From: Chiloscyllium plagiosum
Taxonomy: Eukaryota
Length of the DNA stretch: 64,000 bases
Assembly: GCF_004010195.1 (NCBI RefSeq)
Contig: NC_057728.1
Location: 6,336,863 to 6,400,862, forward strand
Reading direction: 5' to 3'
Below are positions 38,300 to 50,692 of this stretch, piece after piece (the first letter of the stretch is position 1; the number at the start of each line of letters is the position of its first letter). A program made the translations under genes and the position numbers. The notes beneath the pieces were generated by a model. It was not told the DNA's origin. It ran no database searches and saw only the letters and a program-made list of their open reading frames with translations.

Positions 38300-39170
38300 T
38301 AAAAAGTTAAATGTAGGAAAAAAACAGAAGAATATAATGGAATCCCTGTTGAAATAAGAACTTGGAAAGAAGGCAACATGAGAACTGATGAACCGTGTAA
38401 AGGGATCTACACCAAAGGAGAATGGTTGGAAAGGTTCTTTTCAAGAGGACAGTGGAGAATAAATGAAACGATACAAAATGCAAAGAGCATTACACCATAA
38501 CTTGGATTATACAAGTATCCAAGGTAATGTTAAAAATCCGAGCTAATAGATTGGAAGCCAAAGCAAGCCATTACATCAGCTGTGGTCATTTTGACTTTAG
38601 AAAGGATTGTGGACAAGGGAGGCTGTAGCAGCATGTTAAGAAAAAGAAGCATAGAATTCCAAAAAAACTACCAAAGGACATGCTGTATGGATTGCAGAAA
38701 TGTTTCCGATCAGGTGAACTGACCAAAGCTATTAAAAGTGCTGAAGACAATTAGAGTTGACAGGAAAGACAAAAAGAATGATTGCAGCTCTCTAGGTGAG
38801 ACATACTGCTACTATCAGTACAGTGTTTGGTGAAACTGAACCTGATGTAATTTGGCATAGCATTTGGTATCTTCCATAACCATTGCTTTTTAACATCTAT
38901 GGGAAATCTGTGTTATGAGAACCTCAAGATAAAGTGCAAAAAGGTGTCAAAGTAACAGATCAGTTATTGAATGTAATGAGATTTACAGATGCCCAAATCC
39001 TAATGGGTAACACAGCAGAAGACACTAATGGAAAGAATAAATGAGTTAAGTAAAAACAACAAATTACAATTAATGTTAAAAAAAAAACAGGAATGAAGAT
39101 CAGAATGATGGGAAAGCATGAGTCAATTTAAATGGTCATCAGTTGGAATTGCTATCACAGATGGTATCTG
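38300..39170 (+). mobile_element. Decayed RTE-like LINE RT remnant
   Basis: Remnants resembling FD.RK and MRF(A)D. Confidence 0.35.
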
Positions 39171-40804
39171 GGACAGCATATACCGCTGGGTAATTCAGCT
39201 GTGTGGACATCACAGTTCTGCCTGATTCTGCCCATAAAGGCACCTCTTACACATGGATGACAATCAAGATTCTCTCTGCTTTCAATCCTGGGGCTAACAA
39301 AGCCCATGATTCTGTCTCATCTGGAGTTAAGTATCTTAAGAGAATTGAACATGGACTTTGCATAATCTGTTCTGCAATGTGATTATATACCAGTCTGCAG
39401 GGGACAGTGGTCTGAGAGTAACTTATAGAGCTCGTTCCTTTACCTACTGCACTGTTTTAAATTGCACAACAAGCTGCTGACTTCTCCCTCATGTAGTCTC
39501 ATGGGTGCCAGCAATTGGTCCAGTACTTTGCTTATGTAAGCAATGTTCTTGTATGATTCTAGATGGTGGCATGTATGGGTGGAAGGAGGTGAAACCAGAG
39601 CAAAGTCTGAATCCACACTCAACCAATATTTTCAGCACACTCAGCCATAGTTCCTATATTGAAGTCAGTAGGAGGCATTTAGGCAGTTGATACACTCCCC
39701 CTGTAACTCAGATATGGAAACCAACTGTAGCACTGGTCTGGCATTTGTTCTAAGAGCAGCTAAGTCAGCATAGACTCAGGGACTTTTATATTTGTTGTAG
39801 CTCAACTACTAGCAACCTAGTGTGGCTTCTGATAAGCTCTAGATAATTATGTTAGTCAGAAACCATTTAATTTGATAACATGAAAAATAAAGTTCACTTC
39901 CCAGAACATCATTAACAAATCAATATTCCACAAGAAACATAATTACTTGTAAGTCTAAAAGCATAGATTGTTCTTTAATTAAAAATGAAGAAAATTAGTC
40001 GATAAATTGGAATTGAGCTGCACTAAAGGTCATTCCTATGTACTAAATAATGTTTTTATGCATAGTGTAAATTAACAGTAACAAGGTCATTGTTTTGGAT
40101 GACTATCTCTATGGTCAGTTTCTCTTGGCCTGCAGGGTTTAATGTTAATACTAAATGAAAAAGTGATGGAAGGTGTCATCAACATGTTATCAAGCAGCAC
40201 CTCTTAGCAACATCCTGTTGTCTGATGTTCCGTTTACATTTCGCCAGGGTCACTCCGCTCCTGACCCCATTACAGCCTGGCTTCAAACATAAACAAAAGA
40301 GCTGAATTCCAGACGTGAAGTGAGAGTAACAGCCCTAGAAATCATGCCGCATTCGACCGGTGTGTGGCGTCAAGGCATCCGAGCAGAGAGAGAATGTTGA
40401 AACAAAAAAAAATTATGCATCCCTGAAAGCCTAGCACTTTCCTTGCTCTCAAGGTAGTATGTCAACCGGATGATCTCTTATAAGAAATAAAAATCTTTAG
40501 TCTCAAACCATACAGTGTAGAGTGCCCGGAATTTGATTCCTAGTTCCTAGCAAGGTTGTCTAATCTGACATGGGGTACATTTAACTAAGGTTTTCACTGT
40601 ATCTAATCTGCAGTGGCACTTTTGAGTCTAATTTCAGAGCTTTTTTTTCTCTTTTCTGTTTCCAACGGACTTTCTACTAAGTGCTCTTGGACTGCCATTT
40701 TATTGCATTGTTCATCATACAGGAATAAGGGAGATTCTGCTTTACTTCACATTGCCTCCTTTAACGGCTGTCAGGTAGCCTGCCTGTTTCTACCCCATTA
40801 CCCC

Positions 40805-40945
40805 ACAGGTTCTGAAGAAGCGTCACTGGACCTGAAATGTTAACTCTGCTTCCTCTCCACAGATGCTGCCAGACCTGCTGAATCTTTCCAGCAGTTTCTG
40901 TTTTCATTTCTGATTTCCAGCATCCCCGCAGTTCTTTCAATTTTG
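40805..40945 (+). mobile_element. Penelope-type pseudo-LTR remnant with decayed hammerhead motif
   Basis: GTT-CTGAAGA-A-GCGTC(ACTG)GACC-T-GAAA-TGTT-AAC followed by CAGATGCTGCCAGACCTGCTGA. Confidence 0.6.
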
Positions 40946-41241
40946 TTTGAGAAACGGGATGTTGGGTGCTGGCTGCAGGACTTCTCCTATCACTAGATCT
41001 GTATCCATACAACATTTTAGTGGGTTGCAAAGGGGAAACAATGGTTTTATCAGTGCAAGCTCATCAACCTGAAACTGAACTGTGAACTGTCTATCTTCAC
41101 ATATGCTGACTGGCTTGATGAGTATTTCCAGTTTTTGTTTTGTTTCTCGAGGTTGTGTGTGTGTTGTGGGTGCAACATTTAGCCTTTTGGTCTGGAGTAT
41201 AAAGTCAGGCAGTATTCATGCCCAGTGATTCCTTCTGAAAA

Positions 41242-41465
41242 AGCTGAAAATGTGTTGCTGGAAAAGCACAGCAGGTCAGGCAGCATCCAGGGAACAGGAG
41301 AATCGACGTTTCGGGCATAAGCCCATCTTCAGGAATGGCTGATGAAGGGCTTATGCCCGAAACATCGATTCTCCTGTTTCCTGGATGCTGCCTGACCTGC
41401 TGCGCTTTTCCAGCAATACATTTTCAGCTCTGCTCTCCAGCATCTGCAGACCTCACTTTCTCCTC
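41242..41465. mobile_element. 224-bp palindromic Penelope pseudo-LTR insertion with back-to-back hammerhead motifs
   Basis: Arms of ~90 bp (41242-41332 / 41339-41429); 14-bp TSD ATTCCTTCTGAAAA (41228-41241/41466-41479). Confidence 0.88.
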
Positions 41466-41954
41466 ATTCCTTCTGAAAAGGCCTGCATGGACCTCATCTG
41501 AGAACACTACCACGTTTTGCTCTGGTATCTCCCCCTCACAGTCAAATCAAAAATTCTGCCAACTCTCAAAGATGACAGAGCTTGCACACAAATAATGGAC
41601 ACTAATGTATAGTCCTGGAGGCTTACTATTGCATCTGGAATTTTACCCAGGAAGAATTCTGTACAGTCAGAAGATAAGAGGAAAACAAATCAATGTCCTT
41701 TCATGCTAGATATCCATGACAACTACAATTGAGGTTGGAGAAAGCACTAGTGATTACATAACACAATAGTACATTGCGAGTAAGAGCCCACAGGACCTGT
41801 CTGGTAAACCGTGTGGAGAAATACATTGGAATGTATATCAAAGATAGTGCACCTGAACAAACATGACATTGAGTAAACTGTTAGTAGGAGTTGGTTCCTT
41901 GTAGCTTAATGTTGACACCTGTTTGATGAGTATTGCTGTTTTTAATCTTGTCAG

Positions 41955-42011
41955 GTTTCAGATGCAGGCGTAATTGGATTGGTGAATGGAGTGTGTTCCC
42001 ATAACTTAAAA
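41955..42011 (+). CDS. AMN1: AMN1 internal exon (VSDAGVIGLVNGVCSHNLK)
   Basis: TCAG|...AAA|GTAAGT; 57 nt, phase 0-0; absent from the ORF track. Confidence 0.93.
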
Positions 42012-42179
42012 GTAAGTTTTGTATTAATTATTCCTTTGCTGCTGTCCCTGTTTGAATATTGTCCATCTCTGCATTTTCTCTCTCTTCTAATTGACATCTA
42101 CGGGTCCAAGAATAGTTAGACTATGTGTACAATAACAATCCTATGTTCCAGCTGTTTGGGGTGTAAGCTGAGTTCTGAG

Positions 42180-42570
42180 ACGGAGGGAATGAGGGCAGAA
42201 GTGTAAGAAGTGGAACTGAGACGTCGAGATCCATCGCCCATAGCGGACGGTAATCTTTAGGTTGAGGACAAAGAATATATAGGGAAGCATAGGTATTGAG
42301 TTTCACATCATTGAAACAGAGCTGATAGAGGTAGAGTAATGGGATAAAGAAACAGATCTCTTTTAGGAAGCAGGTAGGAGTGTTGACTAGGCTGTGGGAG
42401 TCAGTGGCGTCAGTGGAAATCAATCCAGGGTTGGAGAGACACCAGTTAAGAAAAGGAAGAGTTAGAGATGAACCATAAAGGAGAGGGAGAAACCTAAGTT
42501 GGGAGAAAGGTTGATGAGAGTGCCCAGTTTGGGTGAGACCAGGAGAAATGAGAACTTCCCAGCACATTGT
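42180..42570 (-). mobile_element. Decayed Penelope-like RT C-terminal fragment
   Basis: LPFLN...ISTD.TDSHS...IP remnants in ORF 42121-42567. Confidence 0.5.
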
Positions 42571-42952
42571 CCTACCCTTCTTCCAAAATTTAATATTTCA
42601 GTTATGGCATTGTTTCAGTCTTTTCTCTTTTTGCACACTTCAAAGGGACCACATACTCTTGGTGCTTTTTAGAAAGCAGGAATTTTTCCTGAGCTAACAT
42701 TCCTCCCACAACCAATTCCCCTGAAAAGAGAATCCATACAATCTGTGTATCTTTTCATTTCCTGTTGGCTTTGTATTAAAAATAGCTGCTGCACTTGTCA
42801 ATGTGGCAATAACTGTTATGCCTCAAGGTCATTGACTTTATGTGACGTTGCTGAGGAAATTACTTACTATTATGTGAGTGCACTTTAATTTCCTTTTGAA
42901 ATCGGACTTCACCTTTTCCAAGTATTTTAACATTTGGACACCCTTTCTTTAG

Positions 42953-43064
42953 GAGATCCATATGGATCGCTGTGTGAATCTAACTGATGAAGCAGTGGAA
43001 AGTGTGCTCATTTTCTGTCCCCACGTTTTCATACTACTATTTCATGGCTGCCCACTTATCACAG
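42953..43064 (+). CDS. AMN1: AMN1 internal exon ([37 protein letters not shown])
   Basis: TTTCTTTAG|...CAG|GTGAGT; 112 nt, phase 0-1. Confidence 0.95.
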
Positions 43065-43129
43065 GTGAGTCAGTGTGCAAGATCTATCCTATTTACTTAT
43101 GCCTTTAGTTTTACTGCTGTTGCAAATAT

Positions 43130-43440
43130 GGGGCAATGGCCTAGTGGCACTCTTACTTGACTACTAAGTCAGAGACCGAGCTTATGTTTTGGGTTCAAAT
43201 CATGCCATGGCAGATTTTTAAATTTGGTTAAAAAATATTCCAAATTAAGAATTATTGAAGTAAGTGATTTGGTTCACTAATGTCCTTTAGGGAAGGAAAT
43301 CTGCTGTCACTATTTTGTCTGTCTTTTGTGTGATACCAAACCCATAGCGATGGGGTTGACTTTTTAACTGCCATCTGGGCAATTAGTGATGGGAAATAAA
43401 TGCTGGCCAAGCCAGTGATACCCACATTTCAGTGAATTTT
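43130..43440 (+). mobile_element. Second tRNA-SINE family (GGTTCACTAATGTCCTTTAGGGAAGGAAA core, AATAAATGCTGGCC tail)
   Basis: Related copies at ~18515-18680(-), 45975-46260(-), 51430-51725(+), 55730-56095(+). Confidence 0.75.
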
Positions 43441-43799
43441 TTTTTTAAATGCTTTGTCCTGCATGTAAGGTTCCAGGCTTGGCCCCTGTTCTATGCTGAG
43501 GTGACAATTCTGAGTACCTCAGCTGGTTGTCTGATCATTGTTCACCATGTGTTATTAAGTGGAAATCTGGCTACATTTTTATGTAATAGTGTGTAACTGC
43601 AATGCCCTGCAAGATCAATGAGCATGCTGATGCTTGTCGTGTGGGTTTACATGAATAATGCCTCCCTGTGAGAGATACTGAAGGCACCTGTTGAATCATC
43701 AAGATTTAGCGCCTTCAGTAGAGAAAGAAACTTCAGGAGAGGATCAAGACTTTGGCAAATGTTCTCTTCAACTCCGTTCCACTTTATTTCTGTTTCTAG

Positions 43800-43873
43800 A
43801 TCGTTCAAGAGAAGCCCTGCAACAGTTAGCCTGCCCTAATCAAATGAAACAAGTAACGTGGACCGTTTACTGA
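43800..43873 (+). CDS. AMN1: AMN1 last coding exon (DRSREALQQLACPNQMKQVTWTVY*)
   Basis: TTTCTAG| acceptor; diagnostic AMN1 C-terminus KQVTWTVY; TGA at 43871-43873. Confidence 0.95.
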
Positions 43874-43879
43874 ATTAAC

Positions 43880-43885
43880 TTTATT
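43880..43885 (-). promoter_or_regulatory. Candidate ETFBKMT polyadenylation signal (AATAAA on -)
   Basis: TTTATT on +, the first canonical hexamer I found downstream of the ETFBKMT stop. ATTAAA variants also occur near 44007-44016. Confidence 0.4.
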
Positions 43886-44119
43886 GCTACCATTTAATAT
43901 TTGTTAATTAAACAACCAATGTTCTGTCATTTTCATACAATAGCAACAACTGCTGTGAGCATTTAACAGTGAAATTTATGTGACCAAGTAATTATCAATT
44001 AAATGTTTAATTTAATTCAATCTAATTACAGAGAAAGTATATAATCTTTGTATATGTGCAGTGTAGCACATGGTAATATATATTAGTACCGTTCCCATTA
44101 TGTTGTGCTGTGATGTACA

Positions 44120-44125
44120 AATAAA
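44120..44125 (+). promoter_or_regulatory. Candidate AMN1 polyadenylation signal AATAAA
   Basis: First AATAAA after the AMN1 stop, followed by GT/T-rich sequence. Confidence 0.55.
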
Positions 44126-44374
44126 TGTTGGTACAAATGAATTTGTGACAGTTGCTGGGTTTGACTGATTAATGATTTGCTTTTAAGAGTCAGGAAGGAT
44201 ACAAAAGTGTACTTAGTACAGTCCTGAATAAGCAGTTCAAATCCCACTCCAGTTTCTAAAAAAAGTAAAAGTGGGTTGAATCAGAAAAGAAAGAACACAC
44301 CCCGGTCTGTCGTACATGCAACTAAATTAAGTGAGTATTATGTTTTTGGTATCCAGGATTCTCACTCCTGCCCA

Positions 44375-44736
44375 CTAATATCCAGTTATGTCTGATGACA
44401 AAAGTCTCCACACACTGCTGGATATCAGTCCATAATTCTCCTGTCTGCTAATCTCGGGAAGCTCATACTCAATTACCTTCTGCAGGCAATTCTGTGCAGC
44501 ATAATGTGTGAACTGTGATCTTCCTGGATCCCCAATCAGAATCTCTGATCCGTGAAGCTGCTTGTATTCTGTTAACCAATTGTGAAGACTGGCAGCGAGT
44601 TCTTCATCATAAAACATGTCACCTAAAAGAATCACATCCCATTTTTCTTCCATCTTTCCAACTAAACTTTCTGTTGCCACGAGTAGTGGTGGTATTTTGT
44701 TAAGTTCACAGTTCATTTGTATGGACACTGCTGCAA
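44375..44736 (-). CDS. ETFBKMT: ETFBKMT (METTL20) last coding exon
   Basis: CCTACAG| acceptor; WDVILLGDMFYDEELA, ILIGDPGRSQF and EYELPEISRQENYGL motifs of ETF-beta lysine methyltransferase; TAG stop. Confidence 0.95.
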
Positions 44737-45601
44737 CTGTAGGACAGCAAAATAAAACAATTTAAACAAATATGACAAACATTTATAAAATTATCACTAT
44801 TTGAGCGCTTGGATTCTAAAGTGGAGGAATGCTGTATGGCTTTATGTTTTTAATATTGTGCACATTAAGGGGAAAGACAAAGTTTTAGTGTCATTTTTTG
44901 AGTTTGAGTGTGACAGCAGCTTGTAGATTTGTTCGCACGTGCACTTCTGAGAGGGTTTGCAGCCTTGGAATAGAACTCAAAGTTAACAGTTCAATGTATT
45001 GAAAAACAAATAGGGAAAATTGTGCCATTGCTTAGGAACAAAATCAAACATCCAGAACACTGGAGAGTTAATCTCCATATATGGGCATTAAGGAATGGAA
45101 GCTAAAGTGCTAGACGAGTTAAAAAAAAAACTGGTGAGAGAACTGCTGGAAGTGAAATTTCTGGAAACTCATGAATTTGCTTTTAATTTACTGTAAGATA
45201 TGAAGAAAGCTCCAGCAACAAATTACAGCCATACCAACTAAACGAGAATCCTTAAGAGTGGAGAAAGGGATGAATGTTCACTAAGATTCAAGAGTCTGAT
45301 GTTGTTGGAGTAATTTGTGTTGAATGTTTCTTTTTGATATTTACTATAAGACTAAGTCAAATGTTGTATGTTTTTCATTTACTTAATAAAATTTTATATT
45401 TTGTTAAAAGTACTGGACATTGACTGCCTCTTGTGAATATGTTCAGCAGACTGAACTCCATGGTAGACAAAGAGAAAACGATAAGCTTCTGAACCATCAA
45501 ACCAAATCTCAATCCGGGATTTGAATTGTCCAGAATTATCATCAACATTTTAATTTTAGCTAGTTTAGGTTCCCCTAACCATTATTTGACTTATAAACTT
45601 G

Positions 45602-45912
45602 TGGGCAGCATGGTGGCATAGTGGTTAGCACTGCTGCCTCACAGCGCCAAAGACCCGGGTTCAATTCCTGCCTCAGGCAACTGTCTGTGTGAAGTTTGCA
45701 CATTCTCCCTGTGTCTGCGTGGGTTTCCTCCAGGTGCTCCGGTTTCCTCCCACAGTCCAAAAATGTGCAGGTTAGGTGAATTGGCCTGTAGTGTTAGGTG
45801 AAGGGATAAATGTAGGGGAATGGGTCTGAGTGGGTTGCTCTTCGGAGGGTCGGTGTGGACTTGTTGGGCCGAAGGGCCTGTTTCTATGCTGTAAGTAATC
45901 TAATCTAATCTG
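45602..45912 (+). mobile_element. HE1-like SINE
   Basis: Head, V-domain and (TCTAA)n tail. Confidence 0.92.
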
Positions 45913-46844
45913 AATGAGCCTCACTATCTCAGATATCAAGACTTTACATACTTTGAATGTACCTTTGCTTTTATTCATCCATGGGAAGTGGGTGTCTTTG
46001 GCTAGACTAGCACTTATTGCCCGCAATGTCCAGGAGCCACATAAGAGTCAACCACATGGCCGTGGATTTGGAGTCAACTGTAGGTGAGACCAAGAAAGAT
46101 GGCAGTTTCCTTCCCTCAAGGACAACAGTGAACGAGATAGCTATTTCTGACAATGCTTTAATCCCAGATTTCTATGGCAGGATTTGAGCCCAGGTCCCCA
46201 GATCATTACTTGGGTTTTTGAATGAACCATCCAGCAATAATACCACCAGACCATCGCCTGCCCCTTGTTGGACCTCTTGGGGTAGAACCCTTGTTTTATT
46301 GTTTCTCCTTTTAAAACCTTCTACTTTTACAAGCAAAGATGGAATTTATTAAAGGTAAGTCTTTTAAGACAGTTGATCGTGAAGTAGAGATATCCAATGG
46401 TTTTTGGAAGGCATTTGACAAGTGTCACATAGGCTTTCCAAAAAGCAAGTAGATGGGGTCATAGGGAAAGTGGCAGCTCAGTGGCCAAATAGCAATGGAT
46501 GGTTTTTGAACTGGAAGGTAGATTGTAGTGGCTCTTTTTCAAAGGGTTGGTTTTCAGTCGATTATTCCTGGCAGTTTTTAAAAGACAAGCAAGAACATGG
46601 ACAGAATTATCAAACTTGTAAGTGATGGGAAAATTGTCAAAATTGCATGTAGTGATGAGAATAGTTGCAGACAATTCTAGATCCCATATTCTAGGAACGC
46701 CATTAAAGTATTTTTTAAAAATGACAGGATTTTTACTAGGATGTTTCTGTAGTGAGGGACTTCAATTCGAGAAAGGTTAGCACATTTTTTTGAACAGACA
46801 AGGTTGAGGTGACCTAGAGAGCTTTCAGGTGTTTTGATAAAGTT

Positions 46845-47060
46845 TGTGAGAAGATTTGTAGCTTGGGTGCTCGTAGTTGTGGTTCTGTTCACCGAGCCGG
46901 GAATTTGTGTTGCAGACGTTTCGTCCCCTGTCTAGGTGACAGCCTCAGTGCTTGGGAGCCTCCTGTGAAGCGCTTCTGTGATCTTTCCTCCAGCATTTGT
47001 AATGGTTTGAATCTGCCGTACCAGACAGCTGGAACTGACAACCGGAAGCGGTTGAGGATG
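46845..47060 (-). mobile_element. Penelope-type terminal fragment with hammerhead motif (46912-46951)
   Basis: GCA-CUGAGGC-U-GUCACCU(AGAC)AGGGGAC-GAAAC-GUC-UGC; stem I GCA/UGC intact, A9 mutated. Confidence 0.65.
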
Positions 47061-47191
47061 AGGAACTTGCAGCAGTGCTCCCCAAACTTTTCCACACTGT
47101 GACCTTATGTTTGAGACTTGAAAAACTCAGTGACCCCAGATTTCTGACAGGGAGGAACTGTGAGAGTCAGGGTTTGGAGGGTGAGGGGGAA

Positions 47192-47381
47192 TCTGGATTA
47201 GAGGTGCTGGAAAAGCACAGCAGTTCAGGCAGCATCCGAGGAGCAGTAAAATCGACATTTCGGGCAAAAGCCCTTCATCAGGAATGCTGTATTCTCAGAT
47301 GCCTCGTAAACTGCTGTGCTTTTCCAGCAATTCTAATCCAGAATCTGGTTTCCAGCATCTGCAGTCATTGTTTTTACCTAA
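47192..47381. mobile_element. Penelope pseudo-LTR insertion with inverted arms and hammerhead motif (47254-47281, -)
   Basis: TSD GGTG(A/T)GGGGGAA (47180-47191/47382-47393). Confidence 0.78.
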
Positions 47382-48470
47382 GGTGTGGGGGAAGATAGAG
47401 TGCTGTGTGGAGATTGGGGTGCTATTTTAGACTGAGGGTTTTCAGATAAAAAGCACGTACCTTTTCACTAGGTTTTTCAGGACAGAAATCTGTAGTATAT
47501 CTATCAATATTCTCTGTTCCTTGCTGAACAACAACAGCAATCAGCTTCCGCCTTTTGAACACTTCAAATGCATTTATATTACTTTGAGAAAGAGTTCTAG
47601 ATTTCAATTAACCTTTGGAAAATAAAATACTTCATGAGTCCTGCTTTGCCTAAAGTTAATCATAAAAATACTGGCTGATTTTAAATAAAAACAATATTTT
47701 CACTAAGGGCAAACTTAAAAAAAAATCAAGGGCTGAGGAGGAGAAAGTTACATAAATAACACTAAAATGAAAATAGATTAACACCTGCTTAAAGGAATAT
47801 TTTAATGCAACTCTATAATTCAGTGCTTTTAAAATACCAAGATTAATCCAATGTTTAGTCATCTGATTTTTATTCCAACAGAGGAGCATGAGTAATCAAA
47901 TGCTATGTGCTGCTGAATCACCCTTCCTTCCATTAAAATTGGCAGCTAATCCATCTACTTGCCATTCAAAAAGTTGAAATCAGTCTCACGATAAGCTACT
48001 CATATTTCAATTTAATTGTTTTCTTAATAAGAGCCCGAGAATATCTCTGCACCAAGACTAATGAGAAAAGCTCGACGTGATTGTTTTTACCTTTTTGAAC
48101 CTACTTACTAACCAAACTGCTCAGGGATGTTATTACACACATCTTTGACATGATTGATACTCAACAAGTCTAATACAAAGCCTATCAGCCTAATGTTAAG
48201 ACTGAAAAACATTGCAGGCAGCTTGTGCAAAATGCTATCAAGATATTCGTGTTCACAACCTCATGGAAAGTGGATTGTCCGAGTTACTATCCTGCCTGGT
48301 GAAATTTTGAGGAGATCCTGAAAAGGTAGTGTTGATGGAGCACTCCAGGTTTCACATTCCAAGGTGTTGCTGTATCCAATTCTCAACTCCTTGATTCATT
48401 CTCATTGCCTGAGTTTACCAGCAGCCTCTTTTTGAGCTTTCAATCTCACTGAGATCCCATCTGTAGTGAT

Positions 48471-48683
48471 TGTAATGAGGTCAGCCAGCTGGATCTTTTG
48501 TAATATGAGGTCCCCGATTGGGGCTGTTAACCTCGTCCAATCAGGGAGCCCTGGCTGACAGATATCAGCAGGAGTGACAGAGGTTCTGCTCACTCTGAGA
48601 GCTGGCTCTGAGGGGGTTGAATCAGCATTTCCAAATAAAGGGTGACCTGGTGATGGGATACCGGCACCTATGGAGTTACTTCA
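48471..48683 (+). mobile_element. Short solo LTR (213 bp)
   Basis: TGTAAT...TTACTTCA termini; 4-bp TSD TGAT (48467-48470/48684-48687); CCAAT on both strands; AATAAA near 48633. Confidence 0.8.
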
Positions 48684-49675
48684 TGATCTCTTGGACAAAA
48701 CTGTCCTAAAGCCTGCCTTAAGATCTCCTGAGGTGGTCAGCCTAAAAAAAAGAAAAAGAAAATAAGCAGGAGTGACCGAGGTTCTGCTCACTCTGAGAGC
48801 TGCCTCTGAGGGAGCTGGATCAGTGAGTGAAGGACTCCATTTTGTGTCAAGGAGGGGGACTGACCTCTGAACTACCTGGACTATACAGTCAGTGTATTCA
48901 TTACTGCTGTTATTGTTTCCCTTAAGAAGGAGCGTTTTCCTTTTTTGTCTCTCCCTCGTGTTTCAGGTAGACTTTGCTTTGATAATAAGATAAAGAAAAT
49001 AAACAGGACTGACAGAGGTTCTGCCCATCTGAGGGCCGACCCTGAGGGAGCTCAGTCAGTGTCAGGGACTCTCTCCGTGTAAATAAAGGGTGACTTGGGA
49101 TGGGATCCCGGTAAAAAAAGAAAAAGAAAATAAGCAGGAGTGACAGAGGTTCTGCTCACTCTGAGAGCTGGCTCTGAGGGAGTTGAATCAGCATTTCCAA
49201 ATAAAGGGTGACCTGGTGATGGGATACCGGCACCTATGGAGTTACTTCATGATCTCTTGGACAAAACTGTCCTGAAGCCTGCCTTAAGATCTCCTGTTGT
49301 GGTCAGCCTAAAAAAAGAAAAAGAAAATAAGCAGGAGTGACAGAGGTTCTGCTCACTCTGAGAGCTGCCTCTGAGGGAGCTGGATCAGTGAGTGAAGGAC
49401 TCCATTTTGTGTCGAGGGGGACTGACCTCTGAACTACCTGGACTATACAGTCAGTGTATTCATTACGGCTGTTATTGTTTCCCATTGAGAAGGAGAGTTT
49501 TCCTTTTTTGTCTCTCCCTCATGTTTCAGGTAGACTTTGCTTTGATAATAAGATAAAGAAAATAAACAGGACTGACAGAGGTTCTGCCCATCTGAGGGCC
49601 GACCCTGAGGGAGCTCAGTCAGTGTCAGGGACTCTCTCCGTGTAAATAAAGGGTGACTTGGGATGGGATCCCGGT
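48567..49675. repeat. Tandem duplication, 2 x ~565 bp, built from fragments of the same short LTR
   Basis: 48567-49112 matches 49133-49675; the motif GA(G/C)TGACAGAGGTTCTGC occurs six times. Confidence 0.92.
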
Positions 49676-50009
49676 CTCTGTGAGTTATTTCACCATCTAT
49701 CCCTCAAATGATGTAAAATATCCCATGGCACAAAAAAGTAGGGGGGTGATAACAGCACGAGGAGAGATTATCTGATCATCAATCTCCATATTATTTGTGT
49801 GAGCTTGCTCCGTGAGCACCTTCACTTTTCCTACCTACATTGCTGCCATAACTACACTTAAAGATGGTACTTTTTCTCGCATGTTAAGTATTTGACTGAT
49901 GAAAGTTGTATAAAATGCAAGTCGTTTTTTAATTCTTTGGGCTGGACTGCTTCTTTGCTGTCAACTCAAACAAAAACAATAGGTATTTCTTCAAGACCGG
50001 GAAGAGAAC

Positions 50010-50692
50010 CCCTCAATTTACTGCCGTCCAAGTTCTTGTCCAGTAGTCACTTAAATGTCCCTAATGTGTCTGACTCTACTACCACCGCTGGCAGTGCGTT
50101 CCACGCACCCACCATTCTCTGCGTAAAGGACCTACCTCTGACGTCTCCCCTTTACCTTCCTCCAATCACGTTAAAATTATGCCCCCTTGTGACAGCCATT
50201 TCTGCACTGGAGAAATGTCTCTGGCTTTCTACTCTATCTATACCTCTCATTACCTTGTGCGCCTCTATCAAGTCTCCTCTCTTCCTTTTTCTCTTCAGTG
50301 TGAAAAGCCCGAGTTCACTCAACCTGACTTCATAAGACAAGCTCTCCAATCCAGGCAGCATCCTGGTAAATCTCCTCTGCACCCTCTCTAAGGCATCTAC
50401 TTCCTACAATGAGGTGACCAGAACTGAACGCAATATTCCAAGTGTGGTCTAACCAGGGTTTTATGGAACTGCAGCAAAACCTCGCGGCTCTTAAACTCAA
50501 TCCCCCTGCTAATGAAAGCCAAAACACCATACACCTTCTTAACAACCCTATCAACTTGACTGGCAACTTTGAGGGATCAATGTATGCGGACCCCAAGATT
50601 CTGCTGTTTCTCCACACTGCCAAGAATCCTGTCTTTAACCCTGTATTCAGCATTCAAATGCGACCTTCCATAATTAATCACTTCGCATTTAT
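50010..50692 (-). mobile_element. CR1 3' fragment
   Basis: QRRFTRMLPGLE, RGDLIEAHK; same subfamily as 12274-14385. Confidence 0.92.

Noticed and set aside
48567-49675. Repeated ~35-bp motif with intervening sequence, superficially CRISPR-like
   Set aside because: Eukaryotic context, spacers are long and themselves duplicated, no cas genes; explained by LTR fragments
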